This document shows, in pieces, positions 16,844 to 25,738 of a stretch of DNA of 40,860 nt (the first letter of the stretch is position 1; every line of letters begins with the position of its first letter). The notes under the pieces were generated by a model. That model was given only the letters and a program-made list of their open reading frames with translations. It had not been told where the DNA came from and did not search any database. The stretch is taken from NCBI GenBank assembly GCA_020051235.1, contig JAGVJG010000135.1, positions 1-40,860 on the forward strand. Direction: 5' to 3'. Made by a program: the position numbers and the translations under genes. The DNA comes from Parachlamydiales bacterium. Lineage in GTDB: Bacteria; Chlamydiota; Chlamydiia; Chlamydiales; Parachlamydiaceae.

Positions 16844-17592
16844 TTTTCTTTTCTAGCTTTCCAAAGGTGGGCGATGCCCCCACTTTTGGAATTTACTTTA
16901 ATTTCCTTAAAGCCTGCTTTCAACATTTCCTCTTCAATAATCTTTGGATCCACGAATTGAGCGATGCTATTGGATAAATAGCGGTACGCTTTTGGATTCA
17001 TTGTAATTAAGCCCCCAATAGTGGGCAAAATTTGATTTAGATAAAAAGCGTGTAAGGGTCTTAATAGAGCTGAACGGGGTTCTGTTAAATCGAGTATTCC
17101 AATGGTGCCACCGGGCTTTAAAACACGATAGGCTTCTTTGAGGGCTTTCGATCTATCTTTAATATTTCGAATTCCATAAGCACAGGTAATTGCATCAACC
17201 GAGTTATTGGGAAGGGGTAATAATTGCGCGTCGGCTTCGAGCCAATCCACCTCATGATTTTTTGGTGCTCTTTGCTTGGCTTGAGCCAGCATTTCGGCTG
17301 AAAAATCAAGAATCAATGCTTTTTTAGGGTTTTTTTGTTTCTTTAACCACATATACGCTATTTCACCCGTTCCTCCACAAAGATCAAGAAGAACCGAGGC
17401 TGCTGGATCGATCGTGTTTATTAACGCGCGATTCCAGCCTTTATGCAGGTTAAACGAAAGAACTCGATTTGCTAAATCATATCGGGGGGCAATCGTATTA
17501 AATAACGATTGAATCGATTGGGGCTCTGTTTTGGAATAAGTGCTATTTTTTGTCATCGTCGCAGAGGGAGCAGTGGGTTGTTTTTGAATCAT
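16840..17592 (-). CDS. ubiE: demethylmenaquinone/ubiquinone C-methyltransferase
   Basis: FNTIAPRYDLANRVLSFNLHKGWNR, LDLCGGTGE and VLKPGG are typical UbiE/MenG motifs. An alternative start is the ATG at 17556. Confidence 0.85.
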   Translation of the reverse strand: MIQKQPTAPSATMTKNSTYSKTEPQSIQSLFNTIAPRYDLANRVLSFNLHKGWNRALINTIDPAASVLLDLCGGTGEIAYMWLKKQKNPKKALILDFSAEMLAQAKQRAPKNHEVDWLEADAQLLPLPNNSVDAITCAYGIRNIKDRSKALKEAYRVLKPGGTIGILDLTEPRSALLRPLHAFYLNQILPTIGGLITMNPKAYRYLSNSIAQFVDPKIIEEEMLKAGFKEIKVNSKSGGIAHLWKARKEN

Positions 17593-17731
17593 CGCAGGAT
17601 TTTGGATCTCGACCGCAAGCGCCGGGTTTAATCTTTGATCTTCCCGTTAATAACCAGCCGATAGCGAATCCAAAAAGGGCTAGAATGACAAGAACAGAGG
17701 AAATAATTATAGTGGTAAAGAGATCACCCAT
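17543..17731 (-). CDS. nqrM: small membrane protein, (Na+)-NQR maturation factor NqrM-like
   Basis: 62 aa with one N-terminal TM helix (IIISSVLVILALFGFAIGWLL). Four Cys follow (GACG...C...CSLC), which fits the NqrM/DUF539 description of a single TM plus four conserved Cys. This rests on memory, not a search. Confidence 0.5.
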   Translation of the reverse strand: MGDLFTTIIISSVLVILALFGFAIGWLLTGRSKIKPGACGRDPKSCDDSKTTHCSLCDDDKK

Positions 17732-17746
17732 AACTATAAGTGTATA

Positions 17747-18709
17747 ATGGTTTTAGGCTTCAAGTCAAATCACATCTTTAAAAACGGCTCCTTTCAAAAA
17801 GGATCGATTTTTTTTGATGAAAAGCAAATTCTTGCGAAAGGTAAAGTTACCGAAGATCTTAATGAAGCTTTTATTTTGCCAAGACTCATCGATCTTCAGG
17901 TTAATGGGGGATTCGGAATTGATTTAACCAGTGAACCGGAAAGAGTCGAAGAGTTAGCTAAGCATCTTTATGAATGGGGCTTGGGAGCTTTTTGTCCCAC
18001 GCTTATAAGCATGCCGCTTAACAAATATAAAGCCGCACTTAAGCATTTTAAACCTCGTAAGGTGCGCGGGGGCGCTGAAATTTTAGGCGCTCATTTAGAA
18101 GGGCCTTTTCTTTCGATCGCAGGTGCTCACAATGAAAAGTATTTGATTAATGAAACGGATATTCCCTTAGAAAACGTTAGATTGATTACTCTTTCTCCTG
18201 AAAAAGTTTCTCCTTCTTTTATCGCAAAATTAAGAAAAAAGGGGATTGTGATTGCGGCAGGTCATTCGAAAGCCGATATTTCTACCTTGATAAAGTTGAA
18301 AATCCCCATGGTTACCCACTTATTTAATGCGATGCCTTTTCATCATCGAGCGCCAGGTTTAATAGATTACGCTTTAACTCAACCTGTTTATTACTCCCTG
18401 ATTGCGGATAATAAGCACATTTCTGATTCCGCTTATGAAATAGCTAGAAAAGCTAACCCCGATGGATTAATTCTCGTTTCAGATCTCGCTCCTTGGTTTC
18501 AAACAAAAAACAAGAAATTTAGGTTAGGAGATAGAGAATTTAAAAAAGGGGAGCTGGCAGGAAGTGAAATGTCTCTTTTAGAGATGGTTCTTAGAACAGG
18601 CAATGTTGCCGCTGCTACCACCCGTCCCGCTCAATTATTAGGTCTGCCTCACTTAGGCAATTTAAATCCCAAAAGTTCATCCGATTTTTTAATCATTCGT
18701 CATGAGTAG
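17747..18709 (+). CDS. nagA: N-acetylglucosamine-6-phosphate deacetylase (compact, 320 aa)
   Basis: LIDLQVNGGFG (E. coli-type QxN metal site), HLEGPFLS, AAGHS, THLFNAM and PAQLLGL are present. Confidence 0.8.
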   Translation: MVLGFKSNHIFKNGSFQKGSIFFDEKQILAKGKVTEDLNEAFILPRLIDLQVNGGFGIDLTSEPERVEELAKHLYEWGLGAFCPTLISMPLNKYKAALKHFKPRKVRGGAEILGAHLEGPFLSIAGAHNEKYLINETDIPLENVRLITLSPEKVSPSFIAKLRKKGIVIAAGHSKADISTLIKLKIPMVTHLFNAMPFHHRAPGLIDYALTQPVYYSLIADNKHISDSAYEIARKANPDGLILVSDLAPWFQTKNKKFRLGDREFKKGELAGSEMSLLEMVLRTGNVAAATTRPAQLLGLPHLGNLNPKSSSDFLIIRHE

Positions 18710-19232
18710 TTATCAACTTACTGAAATTCGAGAAAAGTGTCCTATTTGTTTAGAGACAAACGATAGACTGATGGTTGCACACAATAAGCAACATCCTATT
18801 CATATTAAGTGTATAAAAATTTGGTATCGAACTGGGAAGCATTGTCCGATATGTCGAGAGCCATGCAATTTAGATGAGTTTATAACTTTAAAGGATCGTA
18901 TCTGGTCTATCTTATCCATAGAAGATATTCTTAACTGCATGGCTTTTATTTCATTCAGCAGTTTATTTGCGGAAACGGAATTTAGTTTAATCGGCGCACT
19001 TTTTGCAGTCGGACTTATGGGATGTATATATAGAGATACAGGTGAATTGACGATTATAAAAATTGGCCTGATTGCTGCCTATTTCTACTATTTAAGAACC
19101 CATCCTATGGTCTATTCAGGGATAACTTTATCTTCGGGGGTGGCAAGGTATAGTTTTGAACGAGCGGTGATTTCATTTAGAAATACCGCTCGTGAATTTC
19201 AAGCTATGTTAGAAATCCAACTTAACGAGTAG
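18702..19232 (+). CDS. membrane-anchored RING-H2-type zinc-finger protein (eukaryote-like E3 ubiquitin-ligase domain)
   Basis: CPIC-x10-H-x3-H-x2-H-x2-C-x10-CPIC (18738-18854), with the hallmark HxxCIxxW....CPICR signature. Two to three hydrophobic helices follow. 8-nt overlap with the nagA stop. Confidence 0.7.
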   Translation: MSSYQLTEIREKCPICLETNDRLMVAHNKQHPIHIKCIKIWYRTGKHCPICREPCNLDEFITLKDRIWSILSIEDILNCMAFISFSSLFAETEFSLIGALFAVGLMGCIYRDTGELTIIKIGLIAAYFYYLRTHPMVYSGITLSSGVARYSFERAVISFRNTAREFQAMLEIQLNE

Positions 19233-19233
19233 T

Positions 19234-21228
19234 TTATTCGTCATCTTCATCGAAATCATCAAAGTCATCTTCTACCTCTTCAACGGGCGCTTCAATGACT
19301 TTAGGGATAATCTTAACGGGTTTTTTACCTGTATGTTTAGAAACAGCTTTTGAAGGAACATAGTCAACCCAGATAGGGGAGGACCACGCCATATGTCCGT
19401 CTTCTTGTGTCACTCTTAGGTAATAATAGACAAAAGGAGGACGTTTATCTTTTGAAGGAATAACCACCTTTTGAAGTGATTCCATATCATCATATTCGAA
19501 ATCAAAGTCTTTTTTATTGGGTTCAAATGACTTCAAAACTTTGCCGTTACGAATAATTTCAATTTTGGCTAAAGGCTTTTTGCCCGCTGCAAAACCGGAA
19601 ATATGTCTGATAACATTTAAACCGTGCTTTTCTTGGGTGGAGAGCTCCTGACCCATTAAAGCGCCCGCAATGTTAAATCCGAGAATGATTCTTTCGCCGG
19701 TTGTCGCATAGCAAGAACGGTTATAAAGGGCATCGAATAAAGAGGAGCGGTTATACTCATTTGCGATAATGGCTGTTAAACCCGGAGGATATTGAACTTG
19801 GCCGCCTTCAAAGAAATCGTTGTAGAAGCCTCTATCATCTAATCCGCCTCCAACAAATCCAAAACGGCAGTTGCGATCAAGCGCTTTAATAAGTGCGCCT
19901 TCAGATGATTCAGTAACCCCTTTTTTGCCTTCGGTATCGATAGGCATCGGGTTTCCTTCTTTTTCGGTAGTCTCCGAGGATCCCCAAGAGTTGTAAATTT
20001 CTACCACTCTTTCGAAATCAGGATCGTAATCTTTAAAGTCATACTCAAGCCCTTTCGCCATCGTGAAAGTAGGAATAGCGATCATTTCCTTAGGGGAAAA
20101 ACCCTTATAGATTTTTTTGAGATTCGCTTTTGCATCTTTCTTACGGATAATGGGCTTATTTTCTTTTGAGAAGACTAAAACACGGTTTCCTTCTGTTTTG
20201 GCATCGCCTTGCCATTGGAAACCTAGGAAGGTTGCAAAACGATCTTCTTCGTTGAAATCCACGATATTTTGTGAAATGGATTTCCAAATATCGTTAGGAG
20301 TTTCTTCCTGACTTTCAAAAGGAGATACACCATAGAAGTTGTACGCTTTTTCATCACGGAAGTGTCTCATGCAACTTTCGATATTTTCTGTGGAGTCATA
20401 GCGCTCCGACTCTCCGTGCAAGGTTCCCCAGAATAAGCTTTTTACGTTTTCAGGGAAGCAACGGATAGGAGAGGATAGAAACTCTTCTTTCGTTCTCAAG
20501 TTTTTGAGTTTAATCGTATAGGTTCCGGGTTCGTTGAAATAGAGGTTTGGAACCGCTAAAAAGCCCGTTTCAGGAATGAAGAGTTTCCAGTTTAGATTTT
20601 CTCTTAAATTCTCGTAGGAAAGCTCGATTAAAGTGTCATCCGGTGCATTGTTAGTTAAATTGCCATGCTCATCTTCAAACCGTAGGACAATGTCGAATCT
20701 TTTATTTCTTGAGACGTATGAAGGAGTAATGATTTTAATTACTTTTAGCTCGGCCCCTTTCACATCCATTTGAAATTGTTCAGCTTCGCCATATTTTCCT
20801 TTTCCTGTCGGATCGATATGAAGGAAAAAGGGGCGACGTCTTTGTGAGACGAGCTGGGCAGAAGTTCCGTTAGTATGGACTTGATTTCCTACGGGTTTTG
20901 GAGCGCCCACATAGATAACAAGAGTATTACCGGCAGAAATCTGCTGAGGCAAGATAAATTCAAAATTAGGAACGACTGAATCTTTTGATTCAACCGCTTT
21001 TGCAGGAATAACTTTTTTGTTATCTATAACTAGGTAGATAACGTTTTCTTTTGCCTTTAAATTCGTTGTGGGAGTTTCCCAGTCAATATCGCGTCCTTTT
21101 GATCCAAGATCAAATAGAAGCTTTGTTCCTTTAGGCAAGTTTTGAGCCGGAGTAAAGTTAAAGGTCCAAGTGTTTTTTTCGCCGGCCTCGGCAAATTGGG
21201 GTTCGGTTACACAAATCGATCGTCGCAT
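19234..21228 (-). CDS. conserved hypothetical protein (beta-sandwich-like N-terminus, possible degenerate DUF3604/PHP-like core, acidic tail)
   Basis: Long uninterrupted 664-aa ORF. FWGTLHGESERYDS weakly resembles the DUF3604 YWGDLHxHTxxSxD motif but lacks the metal-ligand residues. The C-terminus is EEVEDDFDDFDEDDE. Confidence 0.6.
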   Translation of the reverse strand: MRRSICVTEPQFAEAGEKNTWTFNFTPAQNLPKGTKLLFDLGSKGRDIDWETPTTNLKAKENVIYLVIDNKKVIPAKAVESKDSVVPNFEFILPQQISAGNTLVIYVGAPKPVGNQVHTNGTSAQLVSQRRRPFFLHIDPTGKGKYGEAEQFQMDVKGAELKVIKIITPSYVSRNKRFDIVLRFEDEHGNLTNNAPDDTLIELSYENLRENLNWKLFIPETGFLAVPNLYFNEPGTYTIKLKNLRTKEEFLSSPIRCFPENVKSLFWGTLHGESERYDSTENIESCMRHFRDEKAYNFYGVSPFESQEETPNDIWKSISQNIVDFNEEDRFATFLGFQWQGDAKTEGNRVLVFSKENKPIIRKKDAKANLKKIYKGFSPKEMIAIPTFTMAKGLEYDFKDYDPDFERVVEIYNSWGSSETTEKEGNPMPIDTEGKKGVTESSEGALIKALDRNCRFGFVGGGLDDRGFYNDFFEGGQVQYPPGLTAIIANEYNRSSLFDALYNRSCYATTGERIILGFNIAGALMGQELSTQEKHGLNVIRHISGFAAGKKPLAKIEIIRNGKVLKSFEPNKKDFDFEYDDMESLQKVVIPSKDKRPPFVYYYLRVTQEDGHMAWSSPIWVDYVPSKAVSKHTGKKPVKIIPKVIEAPVEEVEDDFDDFDEDDE

Positions 21229-21240
21229 TCTAAATAACTC

Positions 21241-22800
21241 CTAAACTGCATATTCTACGGCTCGTTTTTCTCGAATCACCGTAACTTTTATTTTTCCTGG
21301 GTATTCCATAGTGCCCTCAACTCTCTTCTTAAGATCGCGGGCTAAATTGATTAAACCATCATCGTCGATCATGTCGGGAAGAACGACGACTCTAACTTCT
21401 CGTCCGGCTTGTAAAGCGTAAGCTTTTTCAACGCCGGGAAATTCATGTGCAATTTCTTCTAATTTTTTAACTCTTTTAACGTACTGTTCAACGGCCTCAA
21501 TACGTGCGCCGGGTCTTGATGCAGAAATGGCATCAGCCGATGAACATAAGCTGCCTTCGACCGTTAAGGCTTCCATTTCATAATGGTGACAGCCAATGCC
21601 GTTCGCGACCGATTTCGTTTCCCCATATTTAAGGGCAAGATCATGACCGATAACGGCGTGGGTTCCCTCGATTTCATGCGTAACGGCTTTGCCCATATCG
21701 TGAAGAAGGCCAATTCTTTTCGCGAGCTGAGAATCAAGTCCTAGCTCGCCGGCCATAATACCCATTAGATGGGCAACTTCTACAGAATGCTCAAGCACAT
21801 TTTGACCGTAGCTATAACGAAAGGCGAGCTTTCCAAGTAAATCAAGGATTTCTGGATGTAGATTAATGGCTCCCACTCGTAGAGCTGCATCTTCTCCGAG
21901 TTTTCGAATCTCTTTTTGAACTTTTGATTTGGCTTTCTCGACAGCTTCGTCAATGCGTGTAGGGTGGATACGGCCATCACTAATTAAATCTAAAATCGCT
22001 GTTTTTGCAACGTGGCGACGGATAGGATCAAAGCCTGTTAAAACAACGGCTCCCGGCGTGTCGTCGATAACTACATTTACACCCGTAGCTTGTTCAAGCG
22101 CACGGATGTTTCTTCCTTCACGGCCGATGATACGGCCTTTCATATCATCGTTTGGAATGGCAACGGTAGATACGGTGCAATCAGAGACCGTGCTGGATGC
22201 GATTCTTCCGCATGCAATCGAAATGATACGAGCGGCTTCTCCCTCTGCATTTTCTTTTGCTTCTTGAATAAGTCGTCTTGTTAAGTTGGCGGCATCGCTC
22301 TTAACTTCATGTGTAAGCTGATTGATGAGGGCTTCTTTGGCTTCAACCAATGTCAGGCCCGAAACTCTTTCTAAAGATTCTTTTAAAAGAATTTGATTTT
22401 TTTCGACGGTTTCACGATCTCTTTTTAGCTCTTCTTTTCTGGCGGCTAATATCGCTTCGCGTTTCTCGATGTCGGATAGTTTCTTTTCAACAAGGTTTAG
22501 ACGATTCTCTAGCTTGTCTTCACGTTGCTTGATTCGTTCTTCTTCGATTTGAAACTTTCTTCGTTCGTTTTGCCAATATCTTTCAGCTTCTCGTTGGAGC
22601 TCTATTTCTTTCTGCTTGTGATTTAGCTGTCCTTGAACTTTTAAGGCTTCAGATTCTTTATTGGCTTTTTCTAAAATTTCTTTTTTAATCGCTTCGAATG
22701 AGCCGACCTGAAAACGGTGATAAATCCATGACAAAAATGCGCCAGCAAGAAGGGATGCGCCTCCAGTCAAAAGCAATATGGATAAAATTTCGTCCGACAT
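21241..22800 (-). CDS. rny: ribonuclease Y
   Basis: N-terminal TM helix, long coiled-coil, KH domain (IGREGRNIRALEQATGVNVVIDDTPGAVVL) and HD domain (LLHDMGK, HH). Confidence 0.92.
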   Translation of the reverse strand: MSDEILSILLLTGGASLLAGAFLSWIYHRFQVGSFEAIKKEILEKANKESEALKVQGQLNHKQKEIELQREAERYWQNERRKFQIEEERIKQREDKLENRLNLVEKKLSDIEKREAILAARKEELKRDRETVEKNQILLKESLERVSGLTLVEAKEALINQLTHEVKSDAANLTRRLIQEAKENAEGEAARIISIACGRIASSTVSDCTVSTVAIPNDDMKGRIIGREGRNIRALEQATGVNVVIDDTPGAVVLTGFDPIRRHVAKTAILDLISDGRIHPTRIDEAVEKAKSKVQKEIRKLGEDAALRVGAINLHPEILDLLGKLAFRYSYGQNVLEHSVEVAHLMGIMAGELGLDSQLAKRIGLLHDMGKAVTHEIEGTHAVIGHDLALKYGETKSVANGIGCHHYEMEALTVEGSLCSSADAISASRPGARIEAVEQYVKRVKKLEEIAHEFPGVEKAYALQAGREVRVVVLPDMIDDDGLINLARDLKKRVEGTMEYPGKIKVTVIREKRAVEYAV

Positions 22801-22851
22801 TCGACTTATTATAGTGAGAATGGATTAAATGGGTAATTCTAAATGAAAAGC

Positions 22852-24279
22852 TTATCGATGTCTAACTTCAATTACACATTTCTTTTCAGCGATTTCATCA
22901 ATTAAAGAGGAAAGGCGCTCGCGGTTCTCACGGTCTAAATTAGCGTCCCATTCATCTAGAAGAAGAACGTTAACTTCCACTTTATCAAGGATTTCGGTTA
23001 AACGATTTTTTAAGTTTTCACCTGTTGAATATTTGTTCGTTTCTTTTGAAAAGTTAAGTTGGCTGTGTGTCGGAAGGATGAAGGCTTTTTCTGATAAACT
23101 TTTTTTGATTAACATAAGAGTAGTCGATTTGCCCGATCCATTTTCTCCTCGGATAGTAATCCGCCCCGGTTCCGAGATATGCTGGATTAAATCATGATGA
23201 GAAGATAAGGGTTCGGGAGGCTGGAATTTCCTTGATCCCATGAAGTCTTTATCACTATGTGATTCATTTTTAGTATATTGAATCTTTGCCCATTTGACCT
23301 TCTTAACCATATCGGCTTGCGAGTCCCGGCAGGGGAGAATCGCTTTATAGATGGCGACCAGTTTACTCTTATGCATACCCCACCTGAAAAAGTTCGCGAG
23401 AAGCTGATAGGTGTAGGATAAAATTAAAAATAAAATTGGAATCGTTACAAAGAAGGAGGCAAGAGCGGTCGTATTGTTTTGGTGTTTGACGACAAAGTAA
23501 AGCACAACCAATAAAGCCGGTATCATAGTCAATAAGGTGACAAAAATCGCCATGATTTGATCGAAGCGCTCAAGGTCCACATTTTTTTGCAGACAACGAT
23601 TGGTTCTTTGTTGGGTCCTTTCTTGCCAGAGCTTAAAGTTGTAATCATTACCTAAAAGGACATTGTCCCAAGCTGCAAGAAGGGATTGGCCTAAATCGAT
23701 GCGTGCTGTCAAAGCTTTTTGGGTAAGCTGTCTTTGGGCCGTCCTTCTTAATTTAATGACAACCGCAACGGCCACTAGGCTGGTTGAAAAGGCGACTAAA
23801 AAGAGCGGTTCGACGACGACCGAGAGCGCTATAATATTGAAAAGTACGGAAAGCGAGTAACTCGAAACATCAAAAGCGTAATCGATTAGCTGATTGATGG
23901 CTTGGGGACCCTCTGACGTTAAAATCGACATCTTTTGTTCTCTCATGCCTTTATTGCCCCACTCACCGATTTGGTTGCGGTTTGAGCTAACAAAAGCGTT
24001 GATAAAACCTCTTTGTGCTTCTTGACGCCAGCTAGTTCTAAATATAAAGGCAAAACCCCATGGAACACAGGGGAGTAAAAGTGAGCCTAAATATAGAAGT
24101 AGGTAAGAGAAAAAATCATTGCCCGAAGTTATTTCTTCCATAATCTTCACCAGCCATAGTGAAGAGGAGGCCGAAATAATCTCCATAATTGCGAGCATGA
24201 GGAAGCACAGCAGCGCCCACTTATGGGTTAGAAGGCCTAAAATCTGTTTACGCACCGATACGGTGCCCATGTTAAACAT
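22852..24279 (-). CDS. ABC-type half-transporter-like protein (TMD fused to an unusually short NBD)
   Basis: A ~340-aa multi-helix TMD (WRQEAQRGF, SbmA/ABCD-like feel) is followed by Walker A GENGSGKST. Next come a signature-like YSTGEN, Walker B LLLDEWD and a terminal H (VRHR). Confidence 0.6.
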   Translation of the reverse strand: MFNMGTVSVRKQILGLLTHKWALLCFLMLAIMEIISASSSLWLVKIMEEITSGNDFFSYLLLYLGSLLLPCVPWGFAFIFRTSWRQEAQRGFINAFVSSNRNQIGEWGNKGMREQKMSILTSEGPQAINQLIDYAFDVSSYSLSVLFNIIALSVVVEPLFLVAFSTSLVAVAVVIKLRRTAQRQLTQKALTARIDLGQSLLAAWDNVLLGNDYNFKLWQERTQQRTNRCLQKNVDLERFDQIMAIFVTLLTMIPALLVVLYFVVKHQNNTTALASFFVTIPILFLILSYTYQLLANFFRWGMHKSKLVAIYKAILPCRDSQADMVKKVKWAKIQYTKNESHSDKDFMGSRKFQPPEPLSSHHDLIQHISEPGRITIRGENGSGKSTTLMLIKKSLSEKAFILPTHSQLNFSKETNKYSTGENLKNRLTEILDKVEVNVLLLDEWDANLDRENRERLSSLIDEIAEKKCVIEVRHR

Positions 24280-24307
24280 GATTATCAGTTATCTGAAGAA
24301 GGTTATA

Positions 24308-25738
24308 TTAGCAAGCGATAGATTGTTTCTCAATAAATCGATCGGCTATTTTCACTTTATTTTGAAACTCCGTCGGACTGAACTTGTTTAAGTTCTTAAC
24401 CATCATAGAGAGACGAGGATTTTTCAGAAAAAATTCTTTGTGGCGATAGATGAAACGCCAGAATAAGGCATCCCAAATTTCGCACCAATGACCGGCCGGG
24501 TAATTGCTCATTTTGCGAATATAATTCGATCCGGAAAAGTAGGGCTTGGTGGTAATCATGCCCCCATCCGCATATTGACTCATTCCATAAACGTTCGGCA
24601 CCATGACCCAATCGTAGGCATCAATATAATTCTCCATAAACCAACGATAAGATTCGTGAGGCTCGATCTCTAAAAGCAGCATAAAATTGCCCATAACCAT
24701 CAGTCTTTCTATATGATGGGTATAAGCTGTTTGATGAAGGCGTTTGATTGTCGTGTCGACAGGTTCGATTCCCGTTGTTCCTTCATAAAAATGTTTTGAT
24801 AATTTGTTTTTATGATCAAAGAAGTTGGAATTTCGTTGTTCGACCCCTTTAACTAAATAGATCCCCCGCATAAATTCCCGCCAGCCGATTATTTGTCTTA
24901 CAAAGCCTTCGAGACTATTTAAGGGTACTTTATCGGTATATTTCAATGCTTCTTGAACAACCTGTGCAGGCGTAAGTAATCCAATATTTAAGGAAGAAGT
25001 TAACACGGAGTGAAAAAGATGGGCGTGATTTTTATCGATGGCATCTTCATATTCACCGAAATTGAGGAAGCGTTTAACTAAGAAGTCATTCAGCCATTGT
25101 TTCGCCTGAGCATGGGTGACGGGATAATTGAATTCCGTTAAATCACCCAAATTATTTTTAAAATGTGTATCGACCCATTTTTTTGAAGATTCAATGGACG
25201 CGTCTTTTATTTTAGGAAGGGGAGGCAGAACAATTGAAGAGGGAAGCTTTTTTCGATTTTCTGCATCAAACGACCATTTTTCTCCGATCGGTTTCCCATT
25301 TTTGACTAAGATGTTAAATCGCTTACGTTGGGAAATATAAAAAGAGGCCATCAAATAATGCTTCTTATCTCCCAACTCATCAATGGCGGTCTCCTTTCTT
25401 AAAAGAAACCCAGGATCTGGCAGCCAAGTTATCGGGATGTTCCATTTATTGATTCGTTTTTCAAGTATATAATCGGTGAGCTCACAAATAGAAGCTCGAT
25501 CTAATTTTTTTACAAAAGAGTAATCCGAGAATATTTCGACATGAAACCCTTTTGATTTCAAAAGAGTGGCGTAATGATCCATGCTAGCTTTATGAAGAAC
25601 CAGCTTCTGTTTATGAAAATTCACCGGATAGTGATCATCTAAAAAGAAGAGAGGATCTTCAACAAGAATAACTTTGCACCCCGTTTTTAATCCGGGATGG
25701 TTTTCATAAAGTTGATGGGGAAAAATGATTACGTTCAT
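24308..25738 (-). CDS. cryptochrome/photolyase-family protein (COG3046, PhrB/CryB-related)
   Basis: EGFVRQIIGWREFMRGIY, HHIERLMVMGNF, DAYDWVMVPNVYGMSQYADGG and ALFWRFI resemble the deoxyribodipyrimidine photolyase-related family. Confidence 0.75.
   Translation of the reverse strand: MNVIIFPHQLYENHPGLKTGCKVILVEDPLFFLDDHYPVNFHKQKLVLHKASMDHYATLLKSKGFHVEIFSDYSFVKKLDRASICELTDYILEKRINKWNIPITWLPDPGFLLRKETAIDELGDKKHYLMASFYISQRKRFNILVKNGKPIGEKWSFDAENRKKLPSSIVLPPLPKIKDASIESSKKWVDTHFKNNLGDLTEFNYPVTHAQAKQWLNDFLVKRFLNFGEYEDAIDKNHAHLFHSVLTSSLNIGLLTPAQVVQEALKYTDKVPLNSLEGFVRQIIGWREFMRGIYLVKGVEQRNSNFFDHKNKLSKHFYEGTTGIEPVDTTIKRLHQTAYTHHIERLMVMGNFMLLLEIEPHESYRWFMENYIDAYDWVMVPNVYGMSQYADGGMITTKPYFSGSNYIRKMSNYPAGHWCEIWDALFWRFIYRHKEFFLKNPRLSMMVKNLNKFSPTEFQNKVKIADRFIEKQSIAC

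Noticed and set aside
17550-17747. 65-aa plus-strand ORF opposite the NqrM-like gene
   Set aside because: It has no TM segment, motif or RBS. The minus-strand reading gives a coherent TM plus four-Cys peptide, so I prefer that strand.
21929-22267. 112-aa plus-strand ORF (and others at 22090, 22350, 21780) within rny
   Set aside because: They are antisense or alternative frames of the unambiguous RNase Y gene, with compositions typical of antisense frames.
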